IMG/VR virus record: IMGVR_UViG_3300010352_000625
Span: 64,001 to 128,000 of that record
Length of the DNA: 64,000 nucleotides
Source: a virus
Taxonomy: Duplodnaviria; Caudoviricetes
Direction: 5' to 3' (one strand)
Positions 30,819 through 41,339 of the stretch are shown here, one piece after another. Under the pieces are notes generated by a model that was given only the letters and a program-made list of their open reading frames with translations, did not search any database and had not been told where the DNA came from. The translations under genes were made by a program, and so were the position numbers. Position 1 is the first letter of the stretch. The number at the start of each line of letters is the position of its first letter.

Positions 30819-33800
30819 ATGTCTGAAATAAAATATAATCTTTCAACAGCGCCATACTATGATACAACAAATGAAGAATTGAATAAAAACTATATTCAAT
30901 ATTTAGCTGTTGATGGTCAAAGATTACAGAATAGAGAATTAAATGTAGCACAGGGTTTAATTAGAGGTAATACAAGAAAAATAACAGACTTAATTATTGA
31001 AGACGGTTCTGTTGTGTCGGGGTGTAATTTTGTTAATGATAATGTTAATAAAATTTGTACTCTATATGAAGGTGAAGTTTATGTTAATGGTGTTATAGTT
31101 AAAATACCAGAAACACAATGGACACATTCACAAGTTTCTACAGAAGATTCAATTGTTTATGTTGATATTTTACCTGTAATTATAACTCCTATTGATGATG
31201 CTTCATTATATAATCCAGCTGAAAATTATGAAAGTTTTGGAGACCCAGGTGGGCATAGACTTAAATATGAAGCTTCTGTGAGTATTGTTAAAGAAAAAGA
31301 TTTTACTAACTTATTAGTAGATAATAAAACAATTGTTGCATTATTAAACATAAGAGACAGAAATACATATGGACCAATAAAATCAAAACCATTATTTAGT
31401 AAAATAGGTAATCAGATGAAACAAAGAACATACGATTCTTCAGGTGATTTTATTGCAGAAGGTTTGTATGTTAAAACTTTAAGACATGCTGATAATCCTA
31501 TTAATAAATACGAAGTTCATATTTCAAAAGGTCGTTGTTATGTTAAAGGAGAAATGTATAGTTTCTTAGATACCACATTAGTTGTTGATAATAGCAGTAT
31601 TAATATAGATACTACACTAAATACTGGTATACCTGAAGAACATATTTATACAACAAATGATATTAATTATTATCTTAATCATCTTTATGTGAAACAAATA
31701 CAAAATATATTTGGTAATGTAATAGTTTCAGGTTTAGTCACAACAACAGTTGGTAATGTTGATGATATTTCACCTGCTGGATATGTTAAAGAAAAAATTA
31801 TTGATATTGATAAAATATACACTAATAGTCCATCTGTTGTATATGTAAAGAAAAATGCTGAAAATGCAATAACAGGTTTATATGATTATGAAGTTATCGG
31901 TTCAAAAATATTATGGAATATAACAACTCCGGTAAATGCTAAACCAACTGGTATATTCTATGTTGATTTTATATATAATAAACCATTGACAAATTTAGTA
32001 GACTATTATTTATTACAAGATGAGAATGGATATTATATTAAGTTTTTATCTACTAGCACAAACGTTTTAAAAACTGGGTTAACATTTAAGGTTAATTATT
32101 CATGGTATTTACCACGAATAGATTTAGTATATATTAGTAATCATGGTATACCAACAGTTAAAAATGGTATAGCAAATGATGAGAATAATTTAACAGAACC
32201 TGTAGTGCCGGCTGGTTCTTTACCGTTAGCTGTAATATATGTTTTGCCTGATACAGAAGCATATAATTATTATATTAGAAGTTTTAATTTATATAGAGTA
32301 CCAGTTGGTCAATTACAAGATATTAAAAAAAGAGTTAATAATTTAGAATATAATGTGGTAATGTCAGATTTAGAAACACAAGTACAAAATAAACATTTAT
32401 CTACTGATACAAATGGTGCATATAGTTTAAGAAATATATATACTGATCCAGTTGTTGATTATACTAAATCTGATACACTATCAGAAGATTTTTCAGCCAC
32501 AGTAGATATTTTTAGAAAAGCAATTTATTTACCTATGAATATCGACCAGTTAGGTTATGATAAAGCTAAATTTTCTATGTCATATATGCTTGGTAGTAAT
32601 ACAATAACAGAAGAAATTGATCCAATAAATAAAAGTGTAATTTCTGCTAGAGATTCTGGTGAAATGATTGCAACCAGTAGTCAAACACATGCAACACATG
32701 ATATTGATATTACTCCATATTATTATAAAGGATTAAAACCTACATTAGAATGTGACCCAAATAAACTAGTGTATGTTGAAGATGATCCTAATACTACTGT
32801 TATTTGGTTACCTAATAGAGTTATATATAGTACTCATTATGTTGATTCTATAATTAAAGAAACAAATAAAGTTGTATCAAGGATAACAACTGGTACAAGT
32901 ACAGTTAGAAATAACAATGGTTCAGGTAATGGAATAAGAAATACATGGGTGTCTACTGGAATTCAATATACTGGCAAAACAGATTATTTATATAATATAG
33001 CAAGAACTTCAACTGAAATAACATCTTCTTCTGTAGAAACAGTTGAGGTTACAAAGAGTGCAATTAGTTTAATTACTCAGCCTTATATGAAAGCGGGACA
33101 AAAAGTAATAGTAAAAGGTAAAGATTTTACTCCTAATACTGAAGTAAGAATTTATTTAGATGAAAAAGTTGTTACAACTGAATTTACAAATACTAGATAT
33201 AATGACACTACACCTCCTATTACAGCACCTTATATTAATGATACACAAATAGATCCAACTTTTGAAACTATTAATTATGTACCTAGACCATGGCAATGGG
33301 CATATCATTTTAATTATAATATAGGTTTATGGAGATTATGGCATCCACTCTGGAACGATAAAGGTATAGAATATTATTATAAATATAATGGTAGAGATTC
33401 TTATGGTATTTATCGCAAAGGTCTTTGGTATTATAAAATATTAGGATTTCATGATACCTTACAAACATTAGATAATCCTCCAAATTGGTGTAAATTTATC
33501 ACAAGAAGTCCGTGGATAGAAGATTCAATCAATGATATAACTGATGAACAGATTAAAGCTGAAATAACATCTGTTAATAATACAGACCCAATAACAGAAG
33601 TAGAATATGAAACAAAATATGCAGAAGCTAAAGTTGCAATTATAACAGATCAAAACGGAGAATTTGAAATAGAAATTGCAATACCAGAAAATACCCCTAC
33701 TGGAACTCATACTGTAACTGCTGAAACTGTACTACCTGAAAATTTTGACCTTGATTACTACAAAGAAGCAACTAGTAGTTTTAAAGGAGAATCATATTTA

Positions 33801-34805
33801 AGACATTGGGACACAACTGTTTATAAGCGCATAGTTGAAAATGTAAAACAAACTGTGTATAGAGACGTTACACTTGTTAGATACGTTAATGAAATAGGTA
33901 GAAATGTTAGAGTAATAAACAGAAATGATGGTAATGGTAGAGATAATGGACCAGACCCAGTATTACAAACATTTAAAGTATCATCTGACCAATATTTAAT
34001 TGGAATAGATTTATATTTTAGTAGAGTTGTTGATATTACTGATACAATTACACAACCATGGATTGCAATACGAGAAGTTGAGAATGGTGTGCCAAGTGAT
34101 AGTTTATTATATACACAATTGATTGATAAAAGTATAATAGTTGATGCAGATGATCCTATTACAGGTATTAAAGCATCAAGACCTACATTTATTAAATTTA
34201 ACACACCTATATTTGTTGAAGCAAATAAAACTTATGCATTTACAATTGGTGCAAATCAAGATGGATATCATATTTATTATTCAACTATAGGTAATAGAGA
34301 TTTATCAACGGGAGAAGCCGTATTATATCAAAAACAACAATCAGAAGATGGTGTTATGATGGTATCTTCTAACAATAGTTCATGGACTCCAATGCAAGAT
34401 TCAGACATTAAATATACATTATATAGAGCAGATTATGATGTTAATAATGCAGTAACATTATATATATCTGATGTAGATTCAAAATTACCCAATTTCAGTT
34501 CATTAAATTTAACATTAGGTACAGCAATTTTTGAAAATACTGGAATTGATGTTTATTATACAATTAATCCAGTTGATGTATATAGTAATGCAACTCAATG
34601 GGTTCCAATGACTTTAGAAGAATTGATAGAATTTAATTATTCTGATACTTATAATAATGGAATGAAAGTTGCATTTAAAATTATATTATGGACAGATAAT
34701 CCTATGGTATCACCAGTAGTTAATATTAATAATTTTGAATTGTTCCTGGCTAAGTATTTAACAAGAGGTACATATTCTCAATTAGCATTTGAAATTAGTT
34801 ATTAG
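30819..34805 (+). CDS. Large virion structural protein, DUF4815-like
   Basis: APYYD, LQNRELN, PGGHRLK, RTYDSSGDF, YLPRID, RVNNLEY and DPVLQTF motifs. Confidence 0.85.
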   Translation: MSEIKYNLSTAPYYDTTNEELNKNYIQYLAVDGQRLQNRELNVAQGLIRGNTRKITDLIIEDGSVVSGCNFVNDNVNKICTLYEGEVYVNGVIVKIPETQWTHSQVSTEDSIVYVDILPVIITPIDDASLYNPAENYESFGDPGGHRLKYEASVSIVKEKDFTNLLVDNKTIVALLNIRDRNTYGPIKSKPLFSKIGNQMKQRTYDSSGDFIAEGLYVKTLRHADNPINKYEVHISKGRCYVKGEMYSFLDTTLVVDNSSINIDTTLNTGIPEEHIYTTNDINYYLNHLYVKQIQNIFGNVIVSGLVTTTVGNVDDISPAGYVKEKIIDIDKIYTNSPSVVYVKKNAENAITGLYDYEVIGSKILWNITTPVNAKPTGIFYVDFIYNKPLTNLVDYYLLQDENGYYIKFLSTSTNVLKTGLTFKVNYSWYLPRIDLVYISNHGIPTVKNGIANDENNLTEPVVPAGSLPLAVIYVLPDTEAYNYYIRSFNLYRVPVGQLQDIKKRVNNLEYNVVMSDLETQVQNKHLSTDTNGAYSLRNIYTDPVVDYTKSDTLSEDFSATVDIFRKAIYLPMNIDQLGYDKAKFSMSYMLGSNTITEEIDPINKSVISARDSGEMIATSSQTHATHDIDITPYYYKGLKPTLECDPNKLVYVEDDPNTTVIWLPNRVIYSTHYVDSIIKETNKVVSRITTGTSTVRNNNGSGNGIRNTWVSTGIQYTGKTDYLYNIARTSTEITSSSVETVEVTKSAISLITQPYMKAGQKVIVKGKDFTPNTEVRIYLDEKVVTTEFTNTRYNDTTPPITAPYINDTQIDPTFETINYVPRPWQWAYHFNYNIGLWRLWHPLWNDKGIEYYYKYNGRDSYGIYRKGLWYYKILGFHDTLQTLDNPPNWCKFITRSPWIEDSINDITDEQIKAEITSVNNTDPITEVEYETKYAEAKVAIITDQNGEFEIEIAIPENTPTGTHTVTAETVLPENFDLDYYKEATSSFKGESYLRHWDTTVYKRIVENVKQTVYRDVTLVRYVNEIGRNVRVINRNDGNGRDNGPDPVLQTFKVSSDQYLIGIDLYFSRVVDITDTITQPWIAIREVENGVPSDSLLYTQLIDKSIIVDADDPITGIKASRPTFIKFNTPIFVEANKTYAFTIGANQDGYHIYYSTIGNRDLSTGEAVLYQKQQSEDGVMMVSSNNSSWTPMQDSDIKYTLYRADYDVNNAVTLYISDVDSKLPNFSSLNLTLGTAIFENTGIDVYYTINPVDVYSNATQWVPMTLEELIEFNYSDTYNNGMKVAFKIILWTDNPMVSPVVNINNFELFLAKYLTRGTYSQLAFEISY

Positions 34806-34823
34806 TAAAGGAAGGCTGAATAA

Positions 34824-36785
34824 ATGTCTTTAAATATAACAACAATGAAAACAAGACTTATTTGGAACGAATATCTACCTCATGCTGAGAGTTTAATATA
34901 TCCTTATATAAGTTTCGATAACGGAATATCTTGGATGGATATTAAAGATGAGGTTGATTATTTAAGAAATGTTGGAGAGAGACATCTAAATAATATATCA
35001 ACAAAAAATGGTATTACCGAAATGGATATATCTGTTGGTTTTACTCCTTATTCAATACCAACAATAGAGAAATTAGAATATGTTATGGCTGGTGATGGAG
35101 TATCAACTGAAACTAATTTTATAAGTTCTACCGCAACAACTTATTATTTTGCGATAGGTGCTATAAATTATGATACTCCCGGATTATATAAAGCTGATGA
35201 AACTGAACATATAAGTTATTCCGGTCCTATTAATCCAGATACTAGTGTTCCTTATATGTCTAATGTTAAATCTATAGATATTCCTAATGATGGAAAATAT
35301 TATAATATTAATATTTATGTTAATTATCCTGAATTTGTTGAAGGATTAGCAATTTATTATGGATTAGCTAATACATCTTTAAATTTAATGTCTATTACAA
35401 ATTTACATCAAAAATTAGATGGTAGTCCTAGTTCTACTGTGATTACAGCAGGTGTTACAACATCTGTAGTTTTAGCAAATATTTTTCCATTTCCAACAGC
35501 TACAGGTACAGTAAAAATAGATAATGAATATTTAGAATATACTGCACAAGAATTTGATGGTACTAATTGGATACTAACATTAAATGCTCCTGCAACTGAA
35601 AACCATAGTGGTGAATCTACGGTTATATACTGTTTACCTGATGATACAAGACAAGTACCAGAAAAAATATACTTTTTTCCAAACACAAACAACATGATTG
35701 AATATATTAATTTTGATGCTAGTAATGTTATTGATTTGGTAGATCACTCTAGTGAAATGGATTATGTATCCCCATCAACCGTAGGAACAATAGAATATTC
35801 AACTTTCATGAGTAAATTTAGACAAAGTTATAAATTAGTTGGTAACACATGTATAAGAACAAATTTATCAGCTACTAATAGAAATGCAATTAAAGATACT
35901 GGCTCAATACATTTTTATTTAGCATTATCTTCTTTTGATGATAGTAATACAGACCCTTACATATTTGGAACTTATGATACAACAGGATTATATTGTAGAA
36001 TAAGTAAATTTAATTCTAAACCTTATTTAGGTTTTAGATTTGTTGAAGGTACTGAAATAGTTGATACTACTATATTTAGTTTTGAAGATTTTAGAATTCC
36101 TGTATTGAAAAAAAGTGAATTTAGTGATATAGGAATAGCATGGTCAAAAGACACTGATAATAATATGATATTCTATCTTGTAATTGATGGTATAACTAGT
36201 ATTCAAACTAAGACAACTATTTCATCTACAGATTTTGATTTAGGTGCAATAGATATAGGTGGTTTATATAATGGGTCAAGTGTTGTAAATAGCTTTGTAG
36301 GTTATTTAGATGATTGGAGAATATATAATAAGAATTTAGCTGACGGTAGTTATAATATTATGTTTGCTGATATAAACAAAAATCATTACCAAGATATTAA
36401 TAGATTTGCAGGTAAAATAAAATTAGGAACTGAATTTATTGATGTTGATGCAACATTAGCTAGCTATGATACAGCTTCAGCAATGAATTTATTATCTGAC
36501 GAAACTGCAAGTGGTGGAGATACATATTATACCCCTGCATTTTATACTAATGTTTCTTTACCTTATAGTGCTACATATGAAATCGATGAGCCTTTAGTTA
36601 AATATGATAATTGGGTAATATCTAGTTATATAGCAGGTGGTTGGACTAGTTTAGTTACTAATATTACATATCCAGTGAGACCGGAAACAATTAAAATTAA
36701 ATATGAATTATTAGATGATAATACTGGATTTTATACTCCTATTTTAGGCAATCCATCAGTAATAATCTCAGAAATGACAGTGTAG
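34824..36785 (+). CDS. Virion protein with LamG/ConA-like domain
   Basis: IGG...FVGYLDDWRIYNKNL. Confidence 0.75.
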   Translation: MSLNITTMKTRLIWNEYLPHAESLIYPYISFDNGISWMDIKDEVDYLRNVGERHLNNISTKNGITEMDISVGFTPYSIPTIEKLEYVMAGDGVSTETNFISSTATTYYFAIGAINYDTPGLYKADETEHISYSGPINPDTSVPYMSNVKSIDIPNDGKYYNINIYVNYPEFVEGLAIYYGLANTSLNLMSITNLHQKLDGSPSSTVITAGVTTSVVLANIFPFPTATGTVKIDNEYLEYTAQEFDGTNWILTLNAPATENHSGESTVIYCLPDDTRQVPEKIYFFPNTNNMIEYINFDASNVIDLVDHSSEMDYVSPSTVGTIEYSTFMSKFRQSYKLVGNTCIRTNLSATNRNAIKDTGSIHFYLALSSFDDSNTDPYIFGTYDTTGLYCRISKFNSKPYLGFRFVEGTEIVDTTIFSFEDFRIPVLKKSEFSDIGIAWSKDTDNNMIFYLVIDGITSIQTKTTISSTDFDLGAIDIGGLYNGSSVVNSFVGYLDDWRIYNKNLADGSYNIMFADINKNHYQDINRFAGKIKLGTEFIDVDATLASYDTASAMNLLSDETASGGDTYYTPAFYTNVSLPYSATYEIDEPLVKYDNWVISSYIAGGWTSLVTNITYPVRPETIKIKYELLDDNTGFYTPILGNPSVIISEMTV

Positions 36786-36800
36786 GATGGTGTTATATTT

Positions 36801-37052
36801 ATGATAAAACAAAGAGATAAAAAAACGGGAGCAATTAGTTTTATACCTACAGCTGAAGATTTAGAAAAAAATAGATTAAATATCAGATTAGATGAAATGG
36901 AAAGAAAAATAAAGTATCTTGAAAATTTAATTATAGATATTAAAAAAGAAGATATTGTTGATGAACCTAAAGTTGAATCTGTTGAATCAACAACTAAAAC
37001 AAAAAGAAAAAATAAAACAAAATCTATAGTTGGAGATATTAATAATGACTAA
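36801..37052 (+). CDS. Small coiled-coil virion-module protein
   Basis: RDKKTGAI motif typical of small genes following DUF4815-type genes. Confidence 0.7.
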   Translation: MIKQRDKKTGAISFIPTAEDLEKNRLNIRLDEMERKIKYLENLIIDIKKEDIVDEPKVESVESTTKTKRKNKTKSIVGDINND

Positions 37053-38181
37053 TTTACAAGTGAAAATAAAAAAAGACGTTTCTTTTCGTGATGTATTAAA
37101 TGATTTTGATAAAGTATTAACATCTATATCTGATATTATTAAATTAGATTTAAGTAATACTCTTGAATACCCAACATTAGAAGTTACTGGTGATATGTCT
37201 AGTGTTGGTATTGTTGCTATATCTACAGAAAAATTAGCAACGCCAAGAAATATTAATATTGTTGGAGAACTTTTAGGAACATCTTCATTTGATGGAACTA
37301 GTGATGTTAATATTAATACAAGAGTAGTTAAATTATATAATACAAATATAGATAATATATTTGAAAATATTGATGGAAATATATATAGCAAATATGCGGT
37401 AAATGCCACTACTAGTGGATTAGCAACAAGTGCCACATCTGCTCTTAGTGCTGAATCATCAACTAATAATATATTCACTATACCTAAAGATGGTGTTACA
37501 GTTGGTGGGGCTTTACATTTAGAAGGTACTGGCACAAATAAAACAATTGCTATAGAGAACAATAATCAAGTATTACAAATATATGGTGTTGATTTAACTG
37601 GTGGAAATACATTAACATATAATCCAAATAGCGGAGAATTGTCAGCATTAACTTTTAATGGTACAGCAACTAATTCAAATAAAATAGCAGGGGTTACATG
37701 TAACAATGAATTAACACCACCTACTGGTACAGATAGATTAAATGTTGAGGGTTATATATATGCAACTAGAACTTATGTAACCGAAAGTTCCGACTATGCT
37801 GAATGTTTTGATAGTAATGGATTAAAATATGATGAAGTTAAAAATAGAATAGTTGAAGTTGATGAGAATGGTAATTTACAATTAGGAACATTTGCTAGTA
37901 AACGTGTTATAGGTATAGTATCAGATAATTATGGACATCTATTGAATGGTTCAGAAGATGAAATTAAAAATGGAACTAAAATACCTATAGGATTAGCTGG
38001 GGTACTTTATGTGGATTCCAAAGATAAAGTTGAAAAAGATAATATTGGAAATCTAATATGTTCTGATAATGATGGTTATGCTAAGATTCTATTCTATCCA
38101 ACTTTTGGAATAAACGTAGGTAAAATTATAGGTGTAGACGAAGAAAATAATAGATATAAAGTTTTGATAAGTTTATTATAA
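37030..38181 (+). CDS. Tail fibre with C-terminal intramolecular chaperone (peptidase G2-like)
   Basis: KLATPRNI...SFDG fibre repeat; DYAECF...IGIVS...PIGLAG. Confidence 0.8.
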   Translation: MEILIMTNLQVKIKKDVSFRDVLNDFDKVLTSISDIIKLDLSNTLEYPTLEVTGDMSSVGIVAISTEKLATPRNINIVGELLGTSSFDGTSDVNINTRVVKLYNTNIDNIFENIDGNIYSKYAVNATTSGLATSATSALSAESSTNNIFTIPKDGVTVGGALHLEGTGTNKTIAIENNNQVLQIYGVDLTGGNTLTYNPNSGELSALTFNGTATNSNKIAGVTCNNELTPPTGTDRLNVEGYIYATRTYVTESSDYAECFDSNGLKYDEVKNRIVEVDENGNLQLGTFASKRVIGIVSDNYGHLLNGSEDEIKNGTKIPIGLAGVLYVDSKDKVEKDNIGNLICSDNDGYAKILFYPTFGINVGKIIGVDEENNRYKVLISLL

Positions 38182-38197
38182 GGTGGATTAATAATAA

Positions 38198-38647
38198 ATG
38201 GCTAAATTAACAAATACAATTATAGAAGGAACATTACAAGTTGAACAAGATGCTTTAGTAACAGGTGATTTAACTTGTATGGAATATATTAATACTAAAG
38301 GTATCAGATATAGTTATTTAGATTTAGGTGCTAAATCTGATAATTTTATTATAGATTGTGATACTGCTAGTGCTGTAAAATTCACTGTAGCGGCGGATTT
38401 AACAGTAGGATTAACAACTACATCACCTGAATCAATGACAAAAGAGATGTTGTTGATTATAAATAATGGTGGGGCATATACTCTAACTTGGCCCGCTAGT
38501 ATTACATGGGTTAAAGGTGTTGAACCTGTTTTAAGTGCTAGTGGAACAGATGTTATATCATTGATTTTATTAGGTGATAGTGTAACTTGGTTGGGCAGTT
38601 TAAATACATCAGGTTCTATATTTATCGATGGTGGTACATGGGATTAA
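38198..38647 (+). CDS. Tail fibre-associated protein
   Basis: GGAYTLTWPASITW...P.LS.SGTDVIS motif common in fibre tips. Confidence 0.7.
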   Translation: MAKLTNTIIEGTLQVEQDALVTGDLTCMEYINTKGIRYSYLDLGAKSDNFIIDCDTASAVKFTVAADLTVGLTTTSPESMTKEMLLIINNGGAYTLTWPASITWVKGVEPVLSASGTDVISLILLGDSVTWLGSLNTSGSIFIDGGTWD

Positions 38648-38674
38648 TATGATATGTTAGGTTGTGATTAATTA

Positions 38675-41290
38675 ATGGCATTACATGAAATATATACTGC
38701 ACAGGATTTAAAAGATTTTAGAGATTTAGTAAATGCTGGCAATTTAACTGAATCAGCTATATTAATGAATGATATAGATTTAGCTGGCAATGATTCAGAT
38801 CAATGGATTCCGATTGCAAGTCAAGCTAGTAGACAATGGCCAGAATATACTGGAACTTTTGATGGGAACGGTTATAAGATAAGCGGATTGTATATTAACA
38901 GATCAACAGTTTTAGATGAATATGGAGAACCAGATTATGATATAGATGATTGTGCGTTTATTGGTCAATTAGTTGATGAAGGGATTGTTAAAAATCTTAC
39001 ACTTGAAGGTTATATTTTAGGTGGATGGTGGTCAGTTGCAGGATTCGTAGGAGAATTATGGGGCGGTAAAATAATAAATTGTATAAACAAAGTTATTATA
39101 ACTGGTCCTGAAGATGGAGACACTCTAGGTGGAATAGCCGGTTGTTGTGGGTGGGGAAACACTATCCCTAGAAATTCTGAAATAGCAAATTGCACAAATG
39201 ACGCTAATGTTGGAATTGAAATAGGTAGTGGTGCTTTTGGTGGAATTATTGGTTTTGGTAATGGTTGTAGTATAACTAATTGCATTAATAACGGAAATGT
39301 TTTTGGTGGAAGTTATGCTGTAGCTGGTATTTCTGGAGATAATAATAGAAGTGTCATCGACAATTGTGTTAATACAGGTAATATAACAGGTACATTTGGT
39401 ACTTACGATTGTGAAGTTGCAGGCATAGCTAGTTATTGTGATGATGAGAGTATCATTAGTAATTGTGTTAATACGGGTACTATAACTGGACTAGATTATG
39501 TAGCTGGGATAACTGATCGTATTCGTGGTGATGCTCAAATAAAAAATTGTGTTAATGAAGGTACAATTGTTTGTGAAGGGACATATTATGGTTCAATTTG
39601 TGGTGAATTAGATATCCCTATTACTACAACCTACGGTGATGATTTTTCTGTATCCTTTACATTAAATGACGGTAATATTGATATGGGAACAGTTTATCCA
39701 AATTATAAACATTATTATGAAGATGTAACACCAACTGGAACGATTCATGAAATTTATACAGCTCAAGATTTAATTGATTTTAGAGATTATGTTAATGCTG
39801 GTCATTTTACAGAATCAGCTATTTTGATGAATGATATAGATTTGAATGGATCTAGTTCTAACCAATTTTGGCCCACCATTGCAGGATATATAATTGATTC
39901 CCCTTATAACGGAACTTACTATAATGGAACTTTTGATGGTAATTATCATTCAATTAGTGGGATTTACATTGATGATACCTTATCCCATGGATATGAGTGT
40001 GTGGCATTTATATGTTTAGCAGGAGATCAAGCAATTATTAAAAATTTAACATTATGGGGGAATGTAACACTTAGTGGATACTTATCTGCTGGTTTTGTAA
40101 GTGTTGGTAAAGGTTGCAATATTATAAATTGTGTTAATAATATTAATATAACCTGTAGTGGTAGTGATATTTATGTTGCAGGAATTGTTAGTTCTTTATT
40201 CCCCCCAGTATCAAACAAATTACCGTTAATACTTAATTGCGTGAATAATGGTGATATAAATGCTCCTAATGGTTCTGGTGTTAGTGGTATCGTATGTCAG
40301 GTACGACAAAATAATTTAAACATTATAAATTGTGTAAATACTGGTAGACTAACAGGTTACGCATATGTTGCTGGCATCTATGCAGAAGATATTGGTGATT
40401 ATATAATAAAATCTATAAACATTATAAATTGTGGAAATACTGGTCATATAATATCTAACGGTACATCATGGAGCCCATGCGCCGGTATTGCTATATCAGG
40501 ACACGCTTACAATTGTGTAAACACTGGTATAATAGATGGTAATGAATATTTGGGTGGTATTCTTTGTTGGGGTACAGCCGCAAATTGTATCAGCACAGGA
40601 TTAATTAGATATCATGGGACTGATAATATAGGATACGGTAATATATTTGCATACGTAACAAATTTAAATCCATCTCTAAATTATAATAATTATTATTTAC
40701 CTATAGAAAATCCTTCTGATACAATACAGGGTACGAATTTTGGTTATGTTGATAGCGTTACAAATACAGGCGTTGCTACTGTAGCTGGGATTATAGAAAT
40801 AATTCTACGTGATGGTATTGATGGACCCGCTATTATACCATTGGCTACATGTCATCTTTATGATGATCCTGGTAATACATATTATGAAATTTTAAATTCT
40901 GAGTATACTAATGGTGCTACAACTGTTGTAATGGACAATGTATCTTCTAATGGGGATTACCCAGATAATAATTTCTATTTGAATACGTCTTGTAATAGAG
41001 CTGGAATAAATAAAAATACAGGAAATTCCATTATGACAACAATAGAAAATGCGTTTGAAACATATACAGAAGGAAACGCTCCGAATGTTGCATCATCAAT
41101 AGAAGATTTTAGAACAAATAAAAAAGTTATAACACCAAAAATATACCCAGATATTAATACTGATATTACAGATATAACTTTTAGTAATTGGTCTGTATCA
41201 GATAATACTAGGGCTAGAATAGAAAATGATACTGTAGTATTATTACCACCTACAGTACCTAAAAAAGAAATTATAATTGATAAGTTATAA
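38675..41290 (+). CDS. GLUG-motif beta-helix adhesin-like protein with duplicated N-terminal module
   Basis: HEIYTAQDL..FRD.VNAG...LMNDIDL and GTFDGN each occur twice; many NCVN.G.I...VAGI repeats. Confidence 0.85.
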   Translation: MALHEIYTAQDLKDFRDLVNAGNLTESAILMNDIDLAGNDSDQWIPIASQASRQWPEYTGTFDGNGYKISGLYINRSTVLDEYGEPDYDIDDCAFIGQLVDEGIVKNLTLEGYILGGWWSVAGFVGELWGGKIINCINKVIITGPEDGDTLGGIAGCCGWGNTIPRNSEIANCTNDANVGIEIGSGAFGGIIGFGNGCSITNCINNGNVFGGSYAVAGISGDNNRSVIDNCVNTGNITGTFGTYDCEVAGIASYCDDESIISNCVNTGTITGLDYVAGITDRIRGDAQIKNCVNEGTIVCEGTYYGSICGELDIPITTTYGDDFSVSFTLNDGNIDMGTVYPNYKHYYEDVTPTGTIHEIYTAQDLIDFRDYVNAGHFTESAILMNDIDLNGSSSNQFWPTIAGYIIDSPYNGTYYNGTFDGNYHSISGIYIDDTLSHGYECVAFICLAGDQAIIKNLTLWGNVTLSGYLSAGFVSVGKGCNIINCVNNINITCSGSDIYVAGIVSSLFPPVSNKLPLILNCVNNGDINAPNGSGVSGIVCQVRQNNLNIINCVNTGRLTGYAYVAGIYAEDIGDYIIKSINIINCGNTGHIISNGTSWSPCAGIAISGHAYNCVNTGIIDGNEYLGGILCWGTAANCISTGLIRYHGTDNIGYGNIFAYVTNLNPSLNYNNYYLPIENPSDTIQGTNFGYVDSVTNTGVATVAGIIEIILRDGIDGPAIIPLATCHLYDDPGNTYYEILNSEYTNGATTVVMDNVSSNGDYPDNNFYLNTSCNRAGINKNTGNSIMTTIENAFETYTEGNAPNVASSIEDFRTNKKVITPKIYPDINTDITDITFSNWSVSDNTRARIENDTVVLLPPTVPKKEIIIDKL

Positions 41291-41339
41291 CTACAACTTA
41301 ATTATAGAATAAATAATGTCAGGCTGTGATGAATAACAT

